Shown in pieces: positions 61,570-64,000 of a DNA stretch of 64,000 bases. The notes beneath the pieces are model-generated. The model had not been told where the DNA came from. It made no database searches and worked only from the letters and a program-made list of their open reading frames with translations. Position numbers and translations under genes: made by a program. The stretch comes from Camelus dromedarius (lineage: Eukaryota), in the NCBI RefSeq assembly GCF_036321535.1, contig NC_087436.1, positions 46,130,001 to 46,194,000 on the forward strand, written 5' to 3'. Each line of letters starts with the position of its first letter. Position 1 is the stretch's first letter.

Positions 61570-64000
61570 AAAATAGTTTCTTATAAAGGTAGTACACACT
61601 CATTATAAAACCATGTTAAATTTTTGCATGATATTCATATGGATTTTTCATAATTTAACTATTTCTCTCTTTAATGCCTTTTTATGCCTACTTTTAATGC
61701 TTTTATAAGTAACTTCACAGTGAATAATCTATGTGTATGTCTTTGTGTGTATTGCTTAGTTACCTATAAATGGAATTGATGAATCAAATATTACAAACAT
61801 TTCTACATCCCATAATGCATACAAATTGCACATAAGAAAGTGAATGAAAGTACTGACCTCTCACCTTCACTGGCAAGGTAGGGAACTCTTGAAAGGGGCG
61901 TGATACAACCATAGTATAAGGAATTAACAATTGATATTTTAAAATATTTTAAACTGTTCTTGAATCTATAGTTAAGTGAAATCTTCTCACGGTTCCTTCC
62001 AAAGTCTGTTCATTTTCTCACTCTTTAACTCTGGTTCAGTTTTTGTGCTGTAGAGGGAAAAAAAAGTATTGTAGTCTTCTAAGTACAAAAGAGTATTCTG
62101 ATTATAATAATGATTTCTGAAGCACTTGGCTGTTCTTGAAGTTTTGCCCTGAAGACTTTACAGAAACTTTGGTTTTTGCTACTCTTATTCACTGGAGAGA
62201 TAGATTTAAAATGCAGCCAGAAATCTATCAACATTCTACTGTATTTTTGGAGTAGCTGAAGAATTGCTTAGTATGAATTTTAGTCTTCATATGAAAACAC
62301 GATTTCAAGGAGCCATGAACTAGTTTCAAAAAACATTCTTGAAGCAAAAACATAATTTAACTGTGTGACTTCTCAGTTTCCCCATTAGGTTGGTTTTCTG
62401 CTGTCTGTAAGATGGCATATTGACATGTTCTGTAAACTCAGCGAGGAGAATTCATGATTATATTAACGATAATGCATTTGACTAGCTTCGAAAGAACAGT
62501 CTCTGTTCTAGGGGTTTTCAAGGAGGGGAAATGTTTTCAAAAAATTAAGTTTAGTAGGGGGACTAGCAAATGGGCTTATATTGCTGCAAAATACAGCTAT
62601 AATCTTAAAAAGAAAACACCCTCTGTAGCTCTCTTTACTATAGTGTTGCTCCTTATTAACTAGCAGGACATAATCTTTTAAACCAGTATTTTGGGGAAAA
62701 AACAGATTAATAATCATTACATAACCATTAAGAACTTGGAAGTGGCTTTTCCTGTTCTTGAATGCTATTGCGCTTTCTGTGTGTAAAAATATGCTTTGTG
62801 TAGATTATTAGTTGTTAACCACCATTAAGTTGTCCCTTTAGGTCACAACCAACTCACATCCACGTGCCTTCCAGAACAGACCATCTGGCCACTTAAACAT
62901 TCTAAAGGCAGCTTGAGATATGGAGTGTTAGTCCTTCTGTTACCCAATAGGAAAGAAAAGACCCCAGTCCTTATTTTACCTGAAAGATAAGATTACAGAA
63001 GGGAGACGAAGTACGCTGTGTAGCAAAAGACTTTAAAGGATTTCTAAGTACACCTCCGAGGACGGGAGGCGGGCTGATCCAAGGGGGAATCGCGGTGGTC
63101 TTTGTCTTCCCTTTCTCTTATATCCTTGCTTAGAGGTGGTCTTTTAATTGACTGATGGCCCTTGCCCCTGGAATGCTTAGTCATGTTTGTCCCCTTTGTG
63201 CATGTCCTTACTCATGGAGTATACAGAAAAACCCATGGAGGGGGTTTAACAATGTTAATTATACTACAGTGAGCACTGGGTCCTGTCCGGTCAAGTCCTT
63301 CTCCCTACCGAGGAGTCGTGGCTGTCGGGTTTTAACCGGTTTTCTTTGTTTGTTTGTTTGTTTTTTAGCTGACACTCATTTAGAAGAAGTAAAGTCCCCT
63401 TATGCTGGAGGCGGGCATGACGCCATCTTCCAGACCATCTTCCCTCTCCTCCACCTTATCTGCCTGTGTCCCCGTTTATCTAATTATCTAACACTTCCTT
63501 GAAAAGTTAGAATTTCTACTGCTTGAGTAAAAAGGCACCTAAAATGCCAAAATAACTGCTCTTCCCATCCCTCCCACTTCTAAAAATACCTTATTTATTT
63601 GCAATCTAGGTTTTCTTTACTGTTTTTGGAAAAGAGAGGAATTTTAAAAACATAGCAAGCTGATGTCGGGGATTTGTTCAAGATAGCAATTTTCAGGTCA
63701 TAACATAAACTCAATTCATAACAACCTTATACTCTATAGTTGCTTGATTTCATACTTAATAACAAAAGAAAAATTAAGCAATGTCTTGGAAAGCTTTAGG
63801 TTTTTCAGCTTTACTGAGGTATGACTGAGGAAAAAAATACACATTTAGCTTGCACGGTGATTTTTTTTTAAGATGTACAATGTGACGTTTTAATATATGA
63901 ATGCATTGTGAAATGATTACCACAATCAAGTTAATTAACAGTTTTAGTTTAAAATATAGTTTTATTTTTTGAAAACTGGTGAATGGTGACTAGTATGTTA

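Noticed and set aside
44159..64000. Further COL25A1 collagenous exons
   Set aside because: I found no Gly-X-Y coding stretch with splice sites; the next exon appears to lie beyond the window.
1..64000. CRISPR arrays, operons or other prokaryotic-type systems
   Set aside because: The sequence is clearly mammalian, with no regularly spaced repeat-spacer array or dense coding block.

Overview
Mammalian genomic DNA, repeat-rich and AT-rich, with one CpG island at about 41.3-43.0 kb. It is most likely from a camelid, inferred from six tRNA-Ala-derived SINEs resembling the camelid Vic-1 family. The only gene I can support is the 5' end of COL25A1 (collagen XXV alpha 1 / CLAC-P, + strand). It comprises a promoter, a probable non-coding exon 1 (~42090-42579), coding exon 2 (42674-43026, ATG at 42730), coding exon 3 (44089-44158, with the furin site), and an intron running past the window end. 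The ~41 kb upstream is intergenic, holding a full-length retroposed 7SK pseudogene with target-site duplications (TSDs) and many L1, L2, L3, MIR, MLT and MER fossils. I see no new multi-gene system. The most unusual observations are: a chimeric SINE whose B-box region is replaced by a ~170-nt segment resembling an mRNA 3' end, inside one TSD pair; an identical 17-bp octamer-like motif repeated exactly 100 bp apart in the promoter; and a single strong-Kozak uORF in the COL25A1 5' UTR. Repeat family names come from recalled consensus sequences, and boundaries of old repeats are approximate.
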